From contig JAJDCD010000005.1 of NCBI GenBank assembly GCA_029261035.1, positions 91,516 through 155,515 of the forward strand: a stretch of DNA of 64,000 nucleotides, given 5' to 3'. The notes under the pieces are model-generated. The model searched no databases and was not told the DNA's origin. It saw only the letters and a program-made list of their open reading frames with translations. This DNA is from Candidatus Omnitrophota bacterium (GTDB lineage Bacteria; Omnitrophota; Omnitrophia; Omnitrophales; JACROU01). The translations under genes were made by a program, and so were the position numbers. This document shows, piece by piece, positions 9,494-19,454 of this stretch; position 1 is the first letter of the stretch, and each line of letters starts with the position of its first letter.

Positions 9494-10225
9494 ATGTCTA
9501 AAAAAGCCATTTTTTCATTTATTTTGTTCAGTTTTGTATGTTCCACTGCTTTTGCAGAGAATATTCCATTGCAAAGAGCCGCCCATTCTTTGATTATGCC
9601 GCCAGCAGGACAGATGATGAATGGGGAATACGATAAAACAAAAACAAAGGTTATGATGGGTTCCAAATTTGCGTTGACGACAACAGCCATGGTTGTTGGG
9701 TTAACGGTTGGAGGCCCCGTTACTTGGATATTGCTAGGGCCTATTGCGGGAATTCATATTTGGAGTTCAATTGATGCTTATAGAAATGCAGATGGCAGCC
9801 CTTCTCCTCAAATGATTTTAATTGAAAATACATATGGGCAGTTATTAGACGCTGAAAAAATATTGGAACAATCTCGCATTGTAAGATTAGGTATTCGAGA
9901 AGCGGTTAAACAAAGTCAGGTATTGTCTTTACAGTTAAGTCCAGTAAATTCGGGTGGGGTGCCTGTATTGGTGCAGCAGCAAATTCAAGTAGAAAAGTGG
10001 TTAATCCTATCCAAGCAGCACCGACTTTTTGAAGAAGTTAAGATAGATGAAGTTCGAATCACGACCATTGATGCAACGGACATGATGAGACAAGCTCAAA
10101 ATATCGAGCAACAGTTATTAAAACATTCACGTTCTTTTTCTTTCAATTCTATGAGTGATCAATTCTTAATTAGCGAAAAACCTTCTGAATTCCAGAATAT
10201 TGCTGCTAATTTCGCATTGCTTTAA
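9494..10225 (+). CDS. Hypothetical secreted/membrane protein
   Basis: N-terminal signal-like 'MSKKAIFSFILFSFVCSTAFA', followed by a hydrophobic segment. No recognisable domain. Confidence 0.5.
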   Translation: MSKKAIFSFILFSFVCSTAFAENIPLQRAAHSLIMPPAGQMMNGEYDKTKTKVMMGSKFALTTTAMVVGLTVGGPVTWILLGPIAGIHIWSSIDAYRNADGSPSPQMILIENTYGQLLDAEKILEQSRIVRLGIREAVKQSQVLSLQLSPVNSGGVPVLVQQQIQVEKWLILSKQHRLFEEVKIDEVRITTIDATDMMRQAQNIEQQLLKHSRSFSFNSMSDQFLISEKPSEFQNIAANFALL

Positions 10226-10288
10226 TCTAGAGCACCCCTCAATTTCTTTACTTCATTACTCTTCATACTTTTGCTATAATTCCCAGCT

Positions 10289-12304
10289 ATGAATGTACTT
10301 CAGGAGTTTTTAGAATTAGTTCCGGTAGAGAATTTTGAAGCTCAATATTCTAAGGATATTACGGAGTCTTCCTTCTTTGAATATCCTCTCAAGCCTATTG
10401 TAGAGGCTGAGAAAAGGTTGATAGATTCGTCTCAGACTTCTATAGGTTATTTTTCTATGGAATATGGCCTAGCACCGAGTATCTATCACACTCTGAATAG
10501 ACAAGAACCTCTATCTTCCAGTAATAAATTCACACAGCATGGTGTCTTTTCAAATTTAAGGTCTATGGATACGTATTTTACGATTCGTATCGATAAGCGT
10601 CTGGATCTTCCTATTTATAGCGGAGGTTTGGGTGTCTTGGCTGGAGATACCTTGAAGAGTACTGCGGACCTTAACATACCAATGGCAGCAGTAGGTATTT
10701 TGTGGAATAAAGGCTATTTTAAGCAAAACTTTTGGTTCAGGGATGGGCAACGGCCTCAAGAGATGCAATGGGACCCACAGACGTACCCAGGGCTAATTCC
10801 ATTGAAAAACCGAATTGTAATAAAGTTTAAAAATGAAACCATCTTGTTGCGTCCCTGGAAGTATTATATCTATAGCTTTGATCGTAGTTTTGTAGTTCCT
10901 CTCATTCTTTTAGATTCAAACCTGCCAGACAATTCTGATTTTGGAAAAAAATTAACGGATCAGTTGTATCGGAGTGATGATGAAACTTGGAGACTGTTTC
11001 AGCGATTAATTCTAGGAAAAGGAGGGATTGGAATCTTTGAGGAAATGCAGTATCAACTGGATCTGTTTCATCTGAACGAAGGACATGCAGCTTTTTCATT
11101 TATAGAAAGTTCTAAAGGGCATTCAGTTGAAAAAATAAAAGAGATATTTTCTAAATTTGCTTACACCTGCCATACTCCTGTTGCGGCAGGTCATGACCGT
11201 TTTCATGAGAGTGTTCTTGCGCCAGTTTTAGACGAGGAGGATTATAAACTCCTTTTCTCTTATGGGAAAGATCCAGAGTATGAAGGGGTTGCCAACCTAA
11301 CGACTTTTTCTTTGAATGCTGCGGAGAAGGTGAATGCGGTTTCTCATAAGCATGAAGAAGTCATGCATATGCAGTTTCCTAACTACTCTAAAAAAATAAC
11401 TTCAATTACAAATGGGATCCACACCTACACTTGGTTGAGTGAGGCTTTTTCACGCTTGTTTGATCAATATGAAGACCGGATAGGTCCTTGGAAACAAGAC
11501 CCTACCTGTTTGAAGAATGTGCTCAATTTAAAATCAGATCCTGCATTTAGAAAAGCTTTGTGGGATGCTCATCAAGAAAATAAAAAACATTTAACTTCTT
11601 TATTGGAAGTTTGGAAAGTAGATCCTAATATTTTAACTATTTCCTGGGCTAGACGCATCGCTGCTTATAAAAGACCTAGTTTGATTTTACAAGATGTTGA
11701 TCGTTTGATGGAGATTGGAGCTAAATACGGGGGCATTCAAATTATCTTAGCAGGGAAGGCCCACCCTATGGATAATTTGGCCGAAACACATATCGATGAA
11801 ATGCTTACGGCCATTGACTCTTTGGATAATAATAGAAAAAATGTTCGTGTTGTTATGTTTGAGAACTATGATACTTATTTCGGAAAGCTATTGTCTTCGA
11901 GTGTCGACGTTTGGTTGAATAATCCGTTGCCTCCATTTGAAGCTTCAGGTACGAGTGGAATGAAAGCAATTTTAAATGGGGTTGTTCAGATGACTACGGT
12001 GGATGGTTGGGTCTGTGAAGTGACTCAAAATCCTATCGGTTGGTTTTTTGGTTACGAACATAAAGGAGGCGATATCGGAAGCGAATCCGAATTGCGTTTA
12101 AATGAAGATTCAGTAAAGTTGTATGAAACAATAGAAAAAGCAGCAGATCTTTATTGCAAAACAAATGTTAAGGGCGAGCTTCAGATAGAATCCACTTGGA
12201 TTGATATGATGATCGAGTGCATCGCTGTTTCTGCTCACTTTAATACACATCGAATGGTTAAAGAGTACCAAGAGAAAATTTGGAAAGAAATGTTGAGCAA
12301 ATAA
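10289..12304 (+). CDS. glgP: Alpha-glucan phosphorylase family protein (GT35, glycogen/maltodextrin phosphorylase-like)
   Basis: Contains 'GGLGVLAGDTLKS', 'TNGIHTYTW' and the PLP-Lys region 'EASGTSGMKA'. Confidence 0.85.
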   Translation: MNVLQEFLELVPVENFEAQYSKDITESSFFEYPLKPIVEAEKRLIDSSQTSIGYFSMEYGLAPSIYHTLNRQEPLSSSNKFTQHGVFSNLRSMDTYFTIRIDKRLDLPIYSGGLGVLAGDTLKSTADLNIPMAAVGILWNKGYFKQNFWFRDGQRPQEMQWDPQTYPGLIPLKNRIVIKFKNETILLRPWKYYIYSFDRSFVVPLILLDSNLPDNSDFGKKLTDQLYRSDDETWRLFQRLILGKGGIGIFEEMQYQLDLFHLNEGHAAFSFIESSKGHSVEKIKEIFSKFAYTCHTPVAAGHDRFHESVLAPVLDEEDYKLLFSYGKDPEYEGVANLTTFSLNAAEKVNAVSHKHEEVMHMQFPNYSKKITSITNGIHTYTWLSEAFSRLFDQYEDRIGPWKQDPTCLKNVLNLKSDPAFRKALWDAHQENKKHLTSLLEVWKVDPNILTISWARRIAAYKRPSLILQDVDRLMEIGAKYGGIQIILAGKAHPMDNLAETHIDEMLTAIDSLDNNRKNVRVVMFENYDTYFGKLLSSSVDVWLNNPLPPFEASGTSGMKAILNGVVQMTTVDGWVCEVTQNPIGWFFGYEHKGGDIGSESELRLNEDSVKLYETIEKAADLYCKTNVKGELQIESTWIDMMIECIAVSAHFNTHRMVKEYQEKIWKEMLSK

Positions 12305-12311
12305 TTATTTG

Positions 12312-13115
12312 TTAGACGTGGTTAAAAAAGTTTAAAGCGTTTTGAGTAACCCCTTCAGGGTAACCATCGTAATTGCTGTTATGTGTTCCTTCTTCAATTT
12401 CAAAAATTTCTTTTTTTTGTACTGTCAGTTCAAATAGCTTTTTACCCATCCATATGGGGCAAGTTGCATCTTTGCTTCCGTGAATAAAGAAGATTGGATT
12501 TTTGGATTGAGATACAAGGGAAGTGTTCTGAAACCTAAAAGCCTGGTAAATAAATTCAGGCACAGAAAAGTAATGAATTTTGACCAAATCTTTTAATTCT
12601 GTAAAAGAACCTTCAAGAATGACTCCTTTTACGGATTCCTTTGATGATAGTTCTAATGCAGGGTAAGAACCAATGGATTCCCCATAAATCAATATTTGAT
12701 TTCGATTAAGCCCTGTTTCTTCTAAATAGTTTAGTCCTGCTTTGGCATCTTCAACGAGATCTTTCCCTTCTTTGATTTTGCCTTGGCTTTTTCCGAACCC
12801 TCGGTAATCTACTAGAAGTAGAGATACACCGGCATCAACCCAACCTTTTGCCTTGTCTAAGCGATCTGAGATATTACCCGCATTTCCATGAAGGTAAAGG
12901 AGGGTGTATTTAGAATTGGGTGCCTGAATGTGCCAAGAGGAAAGGAGCGTACTATCAGAGCTCTTAAGGGTCACATCCTTAAATGTTAAACCATACTCCG
13001 TAGGAGTGGTTGGTAAATTTGAAGAAGGGTAAAAGAGAAGTTGTGTGATCATAAAGTATGCCGTAACTAGAAAAGTGAAATAACGTGTTAATGGATTAGC
13101 TAAAATAAAAAACAT
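12312..13115 (-). CDS. Alpha/beta-hydrolase fold protein
   Basis: 'LLYLHGNAGN' and the nucleophile elbow 'GESIGS'. Convergent with glgP. Confidence 0.7.
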   Translation of the reverse strand: MFFILANPLTRYFTFLVTAYFMITQLLFYPSSNLPTTPTEYGLTFKDVTLKSSDSTLLSSWHIQAPNSKYTLLYLHGNAGNISDRLDKAKGWVDAGVSLLLVDYRGFGKSQGKIKEGKDLVEDAKAGLNYLEETGLNRNQILIYGESIGSYPALELSSKESVKGVILEGSFTELKDLVKIHYFSVPEFIYQAFRFQNTSLVSQSKNPIFFIHGSKDATCPIWMGKKLFELTVQKKEIFEIEEGTHNSNYDGYPEGVTQNALNFFNHV

Positions 13116-13277
13116 ATTTCATTTTATAATTAATTTGAATAAGAGTAAAATAGAATAAACTAGCGCAGAGCGTTTAGCGGGGAGCGTATAGAGTCCCTTG
13201 GCCAAGAAACATTTTTGCAAAAGAATCCTATTCGCTAAACGCTCTATGCTGTCCTCTAATAAGCAAAGGATGTCTAT

Positions 13278-14312
13278 ATGCCTAATTCTCCAAAATATCA
13301 GTACTGGATTGATGATTTTAATCGTTTGGTAATACAAAAAAAGTCTAAATCAGGGCGTTTGTTGGGGAAGTCAGAAGTGCTGAACGGACGTTTTGAGCTT
13401 ACTCAAGAAAAGTATCTTCGTTTTAAACTTAAGACCCCTAGTGCCATTCTTCAAGATGTTCTTGTCCGATCCAATCAAACAACCCTCAATTTAAAAGGAA
13501 ATTGGTCGCTCACATCAAGTCATAAGCTCAAATATAAGTTGCACCGATCTTTAGGAGAGCTTTTGTTCTCAACAGAATTAATTCAATATAACAAAAATAA
13601 ATTTGTTTTTTCTGTGACTACGAAGGATAACCCAAAAACATTTTCCACCCGGTTATTTCAATTTGATGGGTTTTGGCAAGTAGACAAGAATAATAGAATT
13701 GTTTTTACTACGATACATAGAAAATCAAAGAGAGACCGATTTCTTTTTCAAGGGTTATGGGAATTAAATCGAAATCATCAAATTATTTATCGTTACTCTT
13801 TGGAACAGCTTAAAGCAAGAAAGAAGAAAGAGCAAACGCTTATTCTTAAAGGGAGTTGGCGATTTGTAAAAAAAGGTTTTCTGGATTATTCATTGAAAGG
13901 AGATGCTCAATCTCGATTTCGATTTCGAGCCCAGTTTACATCTCATAGCCATATTCGTAAGGATCGTTCTAAACTTGTATTTAAAGTAGGAGTGTTAGTT
14001 TTAGGAAGAAAAAAGAGAGCTTTGAAAACGATTGAGCTTTTTGGCCGAGTTGTATTTTACCAAAAGCTGACTTTAGGTTTTGAGATTGAATATGAAAGAG
14101 GTGTTTGGGAAGAGAGTAAATTTCACGTACTCTATAAGCCAAAGAAGGGAAGCGAAGTGAAGCTCGAGTTATTAAATGGGAGAGGGAAAAGTTTGGGGAT
14201 TCAGATGGTTTTTTCACAACAACTATTGCAAGAGCGCGGAGATTTTTTTGTACAAGCAAAGAAACAGGGGAAAGAACAATCTGTTTTTACAGGAGTTCGA
14301 ATTCCTTGGTGA
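13278..14312 (+). CDS. Hypothetical basic protein
   Basis: Long ORF with a good RBS ('aaagga' then ATG). Lys/Arg-rich with internal 'KGNWSLTSS' and 'KGSWRFVKKG' repeats. No known domain. Confidence 0.45.
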   Translation: MPNSPKYQYWIDDFNRLVIQKKSKSGRLLGKSEVLNGRFELTQEKYLRFKLKTPSAILQDVLVRSNQTTLNLKGNWSLTSSHKLKYKLHRSLGELLFSTELIQYNKNKFVFSVTTKDNPKTFSTRLFQFDGFWQVDKNNRIVFTTIHRKSKRDRFLFQGLWELNRNHQIIYRYSLEQLKARKKKEQTLILKGSWRFVKKGFLDYSLKGDAQSRFRFRAQFTSHSHIRKDRSKLVFKVGVLVLGRKKRALKTIELFGRVVFYQKLTLGFEIEYERGVWEESKFHVLYKPKKGSEVKLELLNGRGKSLGIQMVFSQQLLQERGDFFVQAKKQGKEQSVFTGVRIPW

Positions 14313-14396
14313 AGACAGAAGTCAGAGGTCGGAAGTTAGAAAAAATGAAAGCTTTTCTGTCATCTGACTTCAGTAGAAAACAACAAAGGAGAATTT

Positions 14397-14738
14397 ATGG
14401 ATTGGAATCAAAAAAAGTGTAAGCCTTGTGAAGGAGGGGTTGAGCCTATTTCGATTGAGGACGCTAAGAACCATGTGTCTGATTTGGACCAGTGGACACT
14501 TTCGGGAAATGGAAGTTCGATATCAAAGCAATTTTTAATGAAAAATTTTATATCTGCGATCGAATTGATAAATAGAATTGCCGCTGTCAGTGAGTTAGAA
14601 AACCATCATCCAGATATCCACTTAACTGGGTATAGAAACTTACAAATTGATTTATCCACGCATGCCATCAGTGGATTGAGTGAAAATGACTTTATTTTGG
14701 CCTCAAAAATTGACCATATGCCTAAGGAGCTTAAATAG
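14397..14738 (+). CDS. phhB: Pterin-4-alpha-carbinolamine dehydratase
   Basis: Matches the PCD family core 'ENHHPDIHLTGYRNLQIDLSTHAISGLS'. Confidence 0.8.
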   Translation: MDWNQKKCKPCEGGVEPISIEDAKNHVSDLDQWTLSGNGSSISKQFLMKNFISAIELINRIAAVSELENHHPDIHLTGYRNLQIDLSTHAISGLSENDFILASKIDHMPKELK

Positions 14739-14899
14739 ATACTTGTAAGTGTCTATGATAGAATAAGTTAAGATTAAATTAATCTATCTCTAGTGTTTGG
14801 AGATGTTAATTGTATATTAGAGTTGTAATTAGGGTATTCACGTGGTAATGTTGATGCTTAACTTCGCTTCTTAAGAGGCGATTTGAGAGGAGATTTATT

Positions 14900-15805
14900 T
14901 TGTCTACAGCAGTTTCAGAACCGAAGAAAACAGTTAAAAATGACAGGGTTACGAGTATATCAGACTTGTTTCCAGCTAAGACGGAAAAGGAAATAAAACA
15001 ACAGAAAATGGGCGCATGGGTTCGCGCTATTTGGATGATTTCAGCACATTTAGGTTGTATTGCTGGCTTCTTTTTCTTTTCGTGGAAAGCGGTTTTTGTA
15101 GGAGTTTTTATCTATTGGATTACAGGTGGTTTGGGTATTTGCTTAGGATTTCATCGTTTATTAACACATCGTAGTTTCCAGTGTCCTAAGTGGTTTGAGT
15201 ATTTCTTGACCGTGTGCGGCATTTTAGCTCTTCAGGGAAGTCAGGTTTATTGGGTCGCATCTCATAGAGCACATCATCTTTATTCAGATCAAGAGGGAGA
15301 TCCTCATAGTCCGCGTAAGGGTTTTTGGTGGTCTCATTGCATGTGGCTTTTTGATACTAAATGGCTTTCAACCGATGATTTATCTGCACGATTTGCCGGA
15401 GATTTATTAAAAGATCCAGGCCAACGTTTTATTGAGAAATTCCAATTGGTTCCTATTGTTTTATTAGGCATGGGATTGATTGCTCTTGGCTGGGAATACT
15501 TTGTTTGGGGTTTTGTAATTCGAATGGTTGTTTGTTATCACGGAACTTGGTTTGTGAACTCAGCTTCTCATATATGGGGTTATCAAAACTATGATTCTGG
15601 AGATGACTCAAAGAACTTGTGGTGGGTTGCGTTACTTAGTTTTGGTGAAGGGTGGCATAACAATCATCATGCTTTTCAATCTTCTGCGCGTCATGGGTTA
15701 AGATGGTGGGAAGTAGATACGACATTTATCACGATTAAGTTTTTGAGCTTGTTGGGGCTTGCTAAGAATGTGCAGGTTCCTAAGGAAGTTGGAGCTACTT
15801 CGTAA
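14900..15805 (+). CDS. Acyl-CoA (delta-9) fatty-acid desaturase, membrane-bound
   Basis: Three histidine boxes: 'HRLLTHRS', 'HRAHHLYSD' and 'WHNNHHAF'. Apparent TTG start preceded by the RBS 'gagagg'. Confidence 0.85.
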   Translation: MSTAVSEPKKTVKNDRVTSISDLFPAKTEKEIKQQKMGAWVRAIWMISAHLGCIAGFFFFSWKAVFVGVFIYWITGGLGICLGFHRLLTHRSFQCPKWFEYFLTVCGILALQGSQVYWVASHRAHHLYSDQEGDPHSPRKGFWWSHCMWLFDTKWLSTDDLSARFAGDLLKDPGQRFIEKFQLVPIVLLGMGLIALGWEYFVWGFVIRMVVCYHGTWFVNSASHIWGYQNYDSGDDSKNLWWVALLSFGEGWHNNHHAFQSSARHGLRWWEVDTTFITIKFLSLLGLAKNVQVPKEVGATS

Positions 15806-15901
15806 TTCTTTTGTTTTAGTCTGCCTATCTTCCTGGTGGGTGGACTAAGGCTTTTTTCTATTTTTTCTATTAAAATTTTGTTTGGGTTTTGAAGTTGGGT
15901 T

Positions 15902-16170
15902 GGAGAGCCTGGGAAATTTCTCGGCGCTCAGACATGCTCGGACTTTGTCCTGCGCAACTCGCGGCGAGAAATTTCCCAGGCTCTCATCAGTGATAAGTCT
16001 TTGGTTGGGTTGAGGGGGTTGAAACAAGATGGGCATCGAGCCCCTATTGTTTCTAGGGTTTAATGTGTTTCGTTATTGGGTAAATAACGAAACGCTTATT
16101 TGTTGTTAGTGATTTTAAGAGGTGATTGGGATAAAGGCGTATGGGCAATGATGGGTTGGTTTAGGATTTA
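15902..16170 (+). repeat. Copy B of the roughly 270-bp structured intergenic repeat
   Basis: About 80% identity to 4990-5250 across the conserved core. The 5' stem is maintained by compensatory substitutions. It ends in the hairpin 'gtttcgttattgggtaaataacgaaac' followed by a T-rich run. Confidence 0.7.
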
Positions 16171-16237
16171 GGATCCGCTATAAGGCTGCGGATTCGCGTC
16201 GGGCGTCGAGGTTAAAAGCTAATAACTAATAGCCAGC

Positions 16238-17311
16238 TTACTTTGGGATGCTTAGGTATTCTTCTTGGTAGATTTTGATTAGGGCGAAGAAGAGGGCTAG
16301 GAGGACGGGGCCTAAGAAGATTCCGGTTAAGCCGTATAGGCGTAAGCCGCCTAAGATTCCTAAGAAAAGTAAGAGGATAGGCAGTTTTGTTTTTTCTCCT
16401 ATCAAGTAAGGCTTTAGGAAGTTGTCTAACAAGCTGATGAAGAGAGTTCCTAGCACTAAAAGGATCACTGCTTTGGTGTAGGCACCTATAAAAAAGTAAT
16501 AAATAACAAACGGAACCCATATAGCAGCGGCACCCGTAACAGGAATCATAGAAGATAAAAAGGTTAAGAAACCTAAGAATACAGGGATTGGAAGTCCGAG
16601 TAACCAATAAATCAAACAACCAAAACTTCCTTGAATAACAGCGGTAAAGACTTGTCCTCGAACAACAGCAGAAAGTGTTTCGTTTAGTTTTAAAAACAAA
16701 CCGTCTTTATTTTTGTCTTCCATAGGGATGAATTTTTTAATGGAATTTGCAAGTCTTTCTCCATTAAGAAAAAAGTAGAATACGAAGAAAATGACTAAGA
16801 TTGTGTTCACGCCAATGATTAAAATATTCTTCGTGGTTTGAGCTAAAAAGTTGGTGGCGTAATTTCCGATAAATTTGGAAACATTTAACATGTAAGTGGT
16901 GATGTTTTCTTGAAATTGATCGATGTTAAAAAATCGACTTTCAGTTAGGTTGAACCAATGGTAAGTCTTAATGCTTTCAATGATCTCACGAACTTTATCA
17001 ACGGTAACTGTGGTGCTAACCCAGTCGTACATTTTAATCCCTTGAACAGCAACAGTGCTGACAACGAGTCCTGCAAGAGGAAGGGTGACGCATAGTACAA
17101 TTAAGGTTGTTATAAGAGCAGACAGAGTTTCTTTTCCCCTAGTCAGACGTTTGATCAAGTTGTGTAAGGGGAGGAACGCAAATGTTAAAATTGCGGCCCA
17201 AAACATTGCGGAGAAAAAGGGTGAGAAAATCAGGCCTAATTGATATAAAACAAATATCAATAAGACGAAAAAGAAAATAGATATAATTTGTTGTCTGTTG
17301 AGTAGGCTCAT
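16238..17311 (-). CDS. AI-2E family transporter (PerM-like permease)
   Basis: 357-aa polytopic membrane protein with the typical AI-2E/PerM arrangement ('LLNRQQIISIFFFVLLIFVLY...'). Confidence 0.75.
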   Translation of the reverse strand: MSLLNRQQIISIFFFVLLIFVLYQLGLIFSPFFSAMFWAAILTFAFLPLHNLIKRLTRGKETLSALITTLIVLCVTLPLAGLVVSTVAVQGIKMYDWVSTTVTVDKVREIIESIKTYHWFNLTESRFFNIDQFQENITTYMLNVSKFIGNYATNFLAQTTKNILIIGVNTILVIFFVFYFFLNGERLANSIKKFIPMEDKNKDGLFLKLNETLSAVVRGQVFTAVIQGSFGCLIYWLLGLPIPVFLGFLTFLSSMIPVTGAAAIWVPFVIYYFFIGAYTKAVILLVLGTLFISLLDNFLKPYLIGEKTKLPILLLFLGILGGLRLYGLTGIFLGPVLLALFFALIKIYQEEYLSIPK

Positions 17312-17377
17312 AATTTGTTTTATCTTCTGTTATTTGAATGTTTTACTTATAATAGCGTCGAATTTAATGGAGGCCAA

Positions 17378-18179
17378 TATGCTTAATATTCGAGATTTTT
17401 TGACTAGATCTTTAGGTTTATTATTAATAGGGGCATTTTTTATGCCTATTTCAGTGGGGGTAGCAGGTCCAGAATCTAAGGATCATCCTTTTAATTTTGA
17501 TGTTCCCACTCAATTTAATGGGGATATGATTGCTCTTATGGCAGGAAAAAAACTGTCTTTTGTTGCTTATGAAGCAAATCCTAAAGAGGATACAGGGAAA
17601 GCTATCTTGTTGATTCATGAATGGTGGGGCCTTAATGAGCATATTAAGTCTGTTGCCGATCAGCTTGCTGGTTTAGGTTATCATGCGTTGGCTATTGATC
17701 TTTATAACGAACAAGTGGCTTATGACCCTGCTGATGCGGATCAATATAGAAAGCAAGTTAAAGAGAGGGAAGCGAATAAAAAAATTACCGCAGCTCTCAG
17801 GTATTTATCTCTTACTTCTGACAAAGTAGCAACTATGGGCTGGTGTTTTGGGGGAGGCTGGTCTTTGAATGCGAGCTTAAATAATCCTAGCTTGGTAGAT
17901 GCGACTATTATTTACTATGGAGCTTTGGTTACCGAGCCGGTTAAACTAAAGGCACTTAAATCACCTGTTCTTGGAATTTTTGCAAAAAAAGATGCTTGGA
18001 TTACTCCTGCTTGGGTGATGTCCTTCGAAACGGCTTTAAATGCCGCTGGGGTAGAGAACCAAATTTATTCTTACGATGCGGATCATGCTTTTGCAAACCC
18101 CAGCAATGATAGATATGATGAAGAAGCATATATTGATGCTTGGGATAAAACATTAACCTTTCTTAGAAAGTATTTGTAA
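17378..18179 (+). CDS. Dienelactone hydrolase family protein
   Basis: Contains 'ILLIHEWWGLNEHIKSVAD' and the nucleophile region 'MGWCFGGGWSL'. Start moved to the ATG at 17378 because of an RBS 'ggagg' 5 nt upstream; the ORF-track start 17298 would overlap the divergent gene. Confidence 0.75.
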
Positions 18180-18319
18180 GAGACTTTGTCAGAGCCTCTC
18201 TGAAGGATTCTCAAAGAAGGGTTAAATTCAGTGGAGCCCTTTGGCTCACGCTCTTTACAAGTCTCTCTAACTAATGATACAATTCATGTCTTCATAACCG
18301 TGTGAAAGGGAGGAAATAA

Positions 18320-19279
18320 ATGAGAATTTTTGAAAATATTATAGAAACTATTGGAAATACCCCTCTAGTTCGATTGAATAAACTTGCTGAAGGTGTGGAT
18401 GCAGAGATTTTATTGAAATTAGAGTTTTTCAATCCACTTTCTAGTGTAAAAGATCGAATTGGAAAAGCTATGATTGAGGCTGGTGAAAAGGCTGGAAAAA
18501 TAAATAAAGATACGATTATTATTGAGCCTACGAGTGGGAATACAGGTATTGCTTTAGCTTTTATCTGTGCTTCTAAAGGGTATCGTTTAATCTTGACTAT
18601 GCCTGAAACTATGTCTATGGAAAGAAGAACTCTTTTAAAACTTCTAGGAGCGGATCTCGTTTTGACTCCAGGCGCTGAAGGAATGAAGGGCGCTATCAGA
18701 AAATGTGAAGAGCTTGCAGCTCAAACACCTAATTCTTTTATACCGCAACAATTTAAAAATCTAGCAAATCCTGAAGTTCATCGTAACACAACAGCAGAAG
18801 AAATTTGGAATGACACAGATGGAAAAGTGGATATTCTTATTTCTGGTGTTGGAACTGGTGGAACGATTACAGGTGTGGGTGAAGCTATTAAGAAAAAGAA
18901 AAGTTCGTTTAAATGTATTGCTATTGAACCTGAGGATTCTCCTGTCTTATCTGGAGGGGCTCCTGGGCCACATAAGATTCAAGGGATAGGCGCTGGGTTT
19001 GTGCCTGACATTTTAGATGTGGACGTCATTGATGATATTATCAAAGTTTCGAACGATAATGCATTTCAAATGGCACGACGTCTTGCGAAAGAAGAAGGGG
19101 TGTTAGCTGGTATTTCTTCTGGAGCAGCTGTTTGGGCCGCTTTAGAAATAGCCAAAAAAGATGAGAACAAAGGAAAGGTTATTGTCGTTATTATTCCTAG
19201 TACAGGAGAGCGTTACTTAAGTACAGCTCTTGCAGACGATGCGAGGCAAGAAGCAATGAATTTGGAAGTATCAGCGTAA
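18320..19279 (+). CDS. cysK: Cysteine synthase A (O-acetylserine sulfhydrylase)
   Basis: PLP-Lys motif 'SVKDRIG' and '[13 protein letters not shown]'. Confidence 0.9.
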   Translation: MRIFENIIETIGNTPLVRLNKLAEGVDAEILLKLEFFNPLSSVKDRIGKAMIEAGEKAGKINKDTIIIEPTSGNTGIALAFICASKGYRLILTMPETMSMERRTLLKLLGADLVLTPGAEGMKGAIRKCEELAAQTPNSFIPQQFKNLANPEVHRNTTAEEIWNDTDGKVDILISGVGTGGTITGVGEAIKKKKSSFKCIAIEPEDSPVLSGGAPGPHKIQGIGAGFVPDILDVDVIDDIIKVSNDNAFQMARRLAKEEGVLAGISSGAAVWAALEIAKKDENKGKVIVVIIPSTGERYLSTALADDARQEAMNLEVSA

Positions 19280-19454
19280 TTTTAGGTTTTACGGGTGTTC
19301 GACTTTAAGTCCGACACCCGTTAATCTATGTCTACAAACAAGGTTATTCTTTATCTTCAAATAAAACGAAAGATTCTTTGAATAATTTATTTAGAGTTCA
19401 ATCTACATATCTCACATTTAAATTTAATTTAAACAACTTAAAAGGAATCTCTTC

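Noticed and set aside
16212-16619. 135-aa minus-strand ORF overlapping the AI-2E transporter in another frame
   Set aside because: It is fully embedded in the longer, clearly membrane-protein-coding frame 16238-17311. It is Arg/Pro/Leu-rich, a typical off-frame artefact.
17298-17377. Upstream extension 'MSRLIICFIFCYLNVLLIIASNLMEAN' of the dienelactone hydrolase ORF
   Set aside because: It would overlap the divergently oriented AI-2E transporter start at 17311 by 14 nt and has no RBS. The ATG at 17378 has a 'ggagg' RBS and gives a sensible signal or TM N-terminus.
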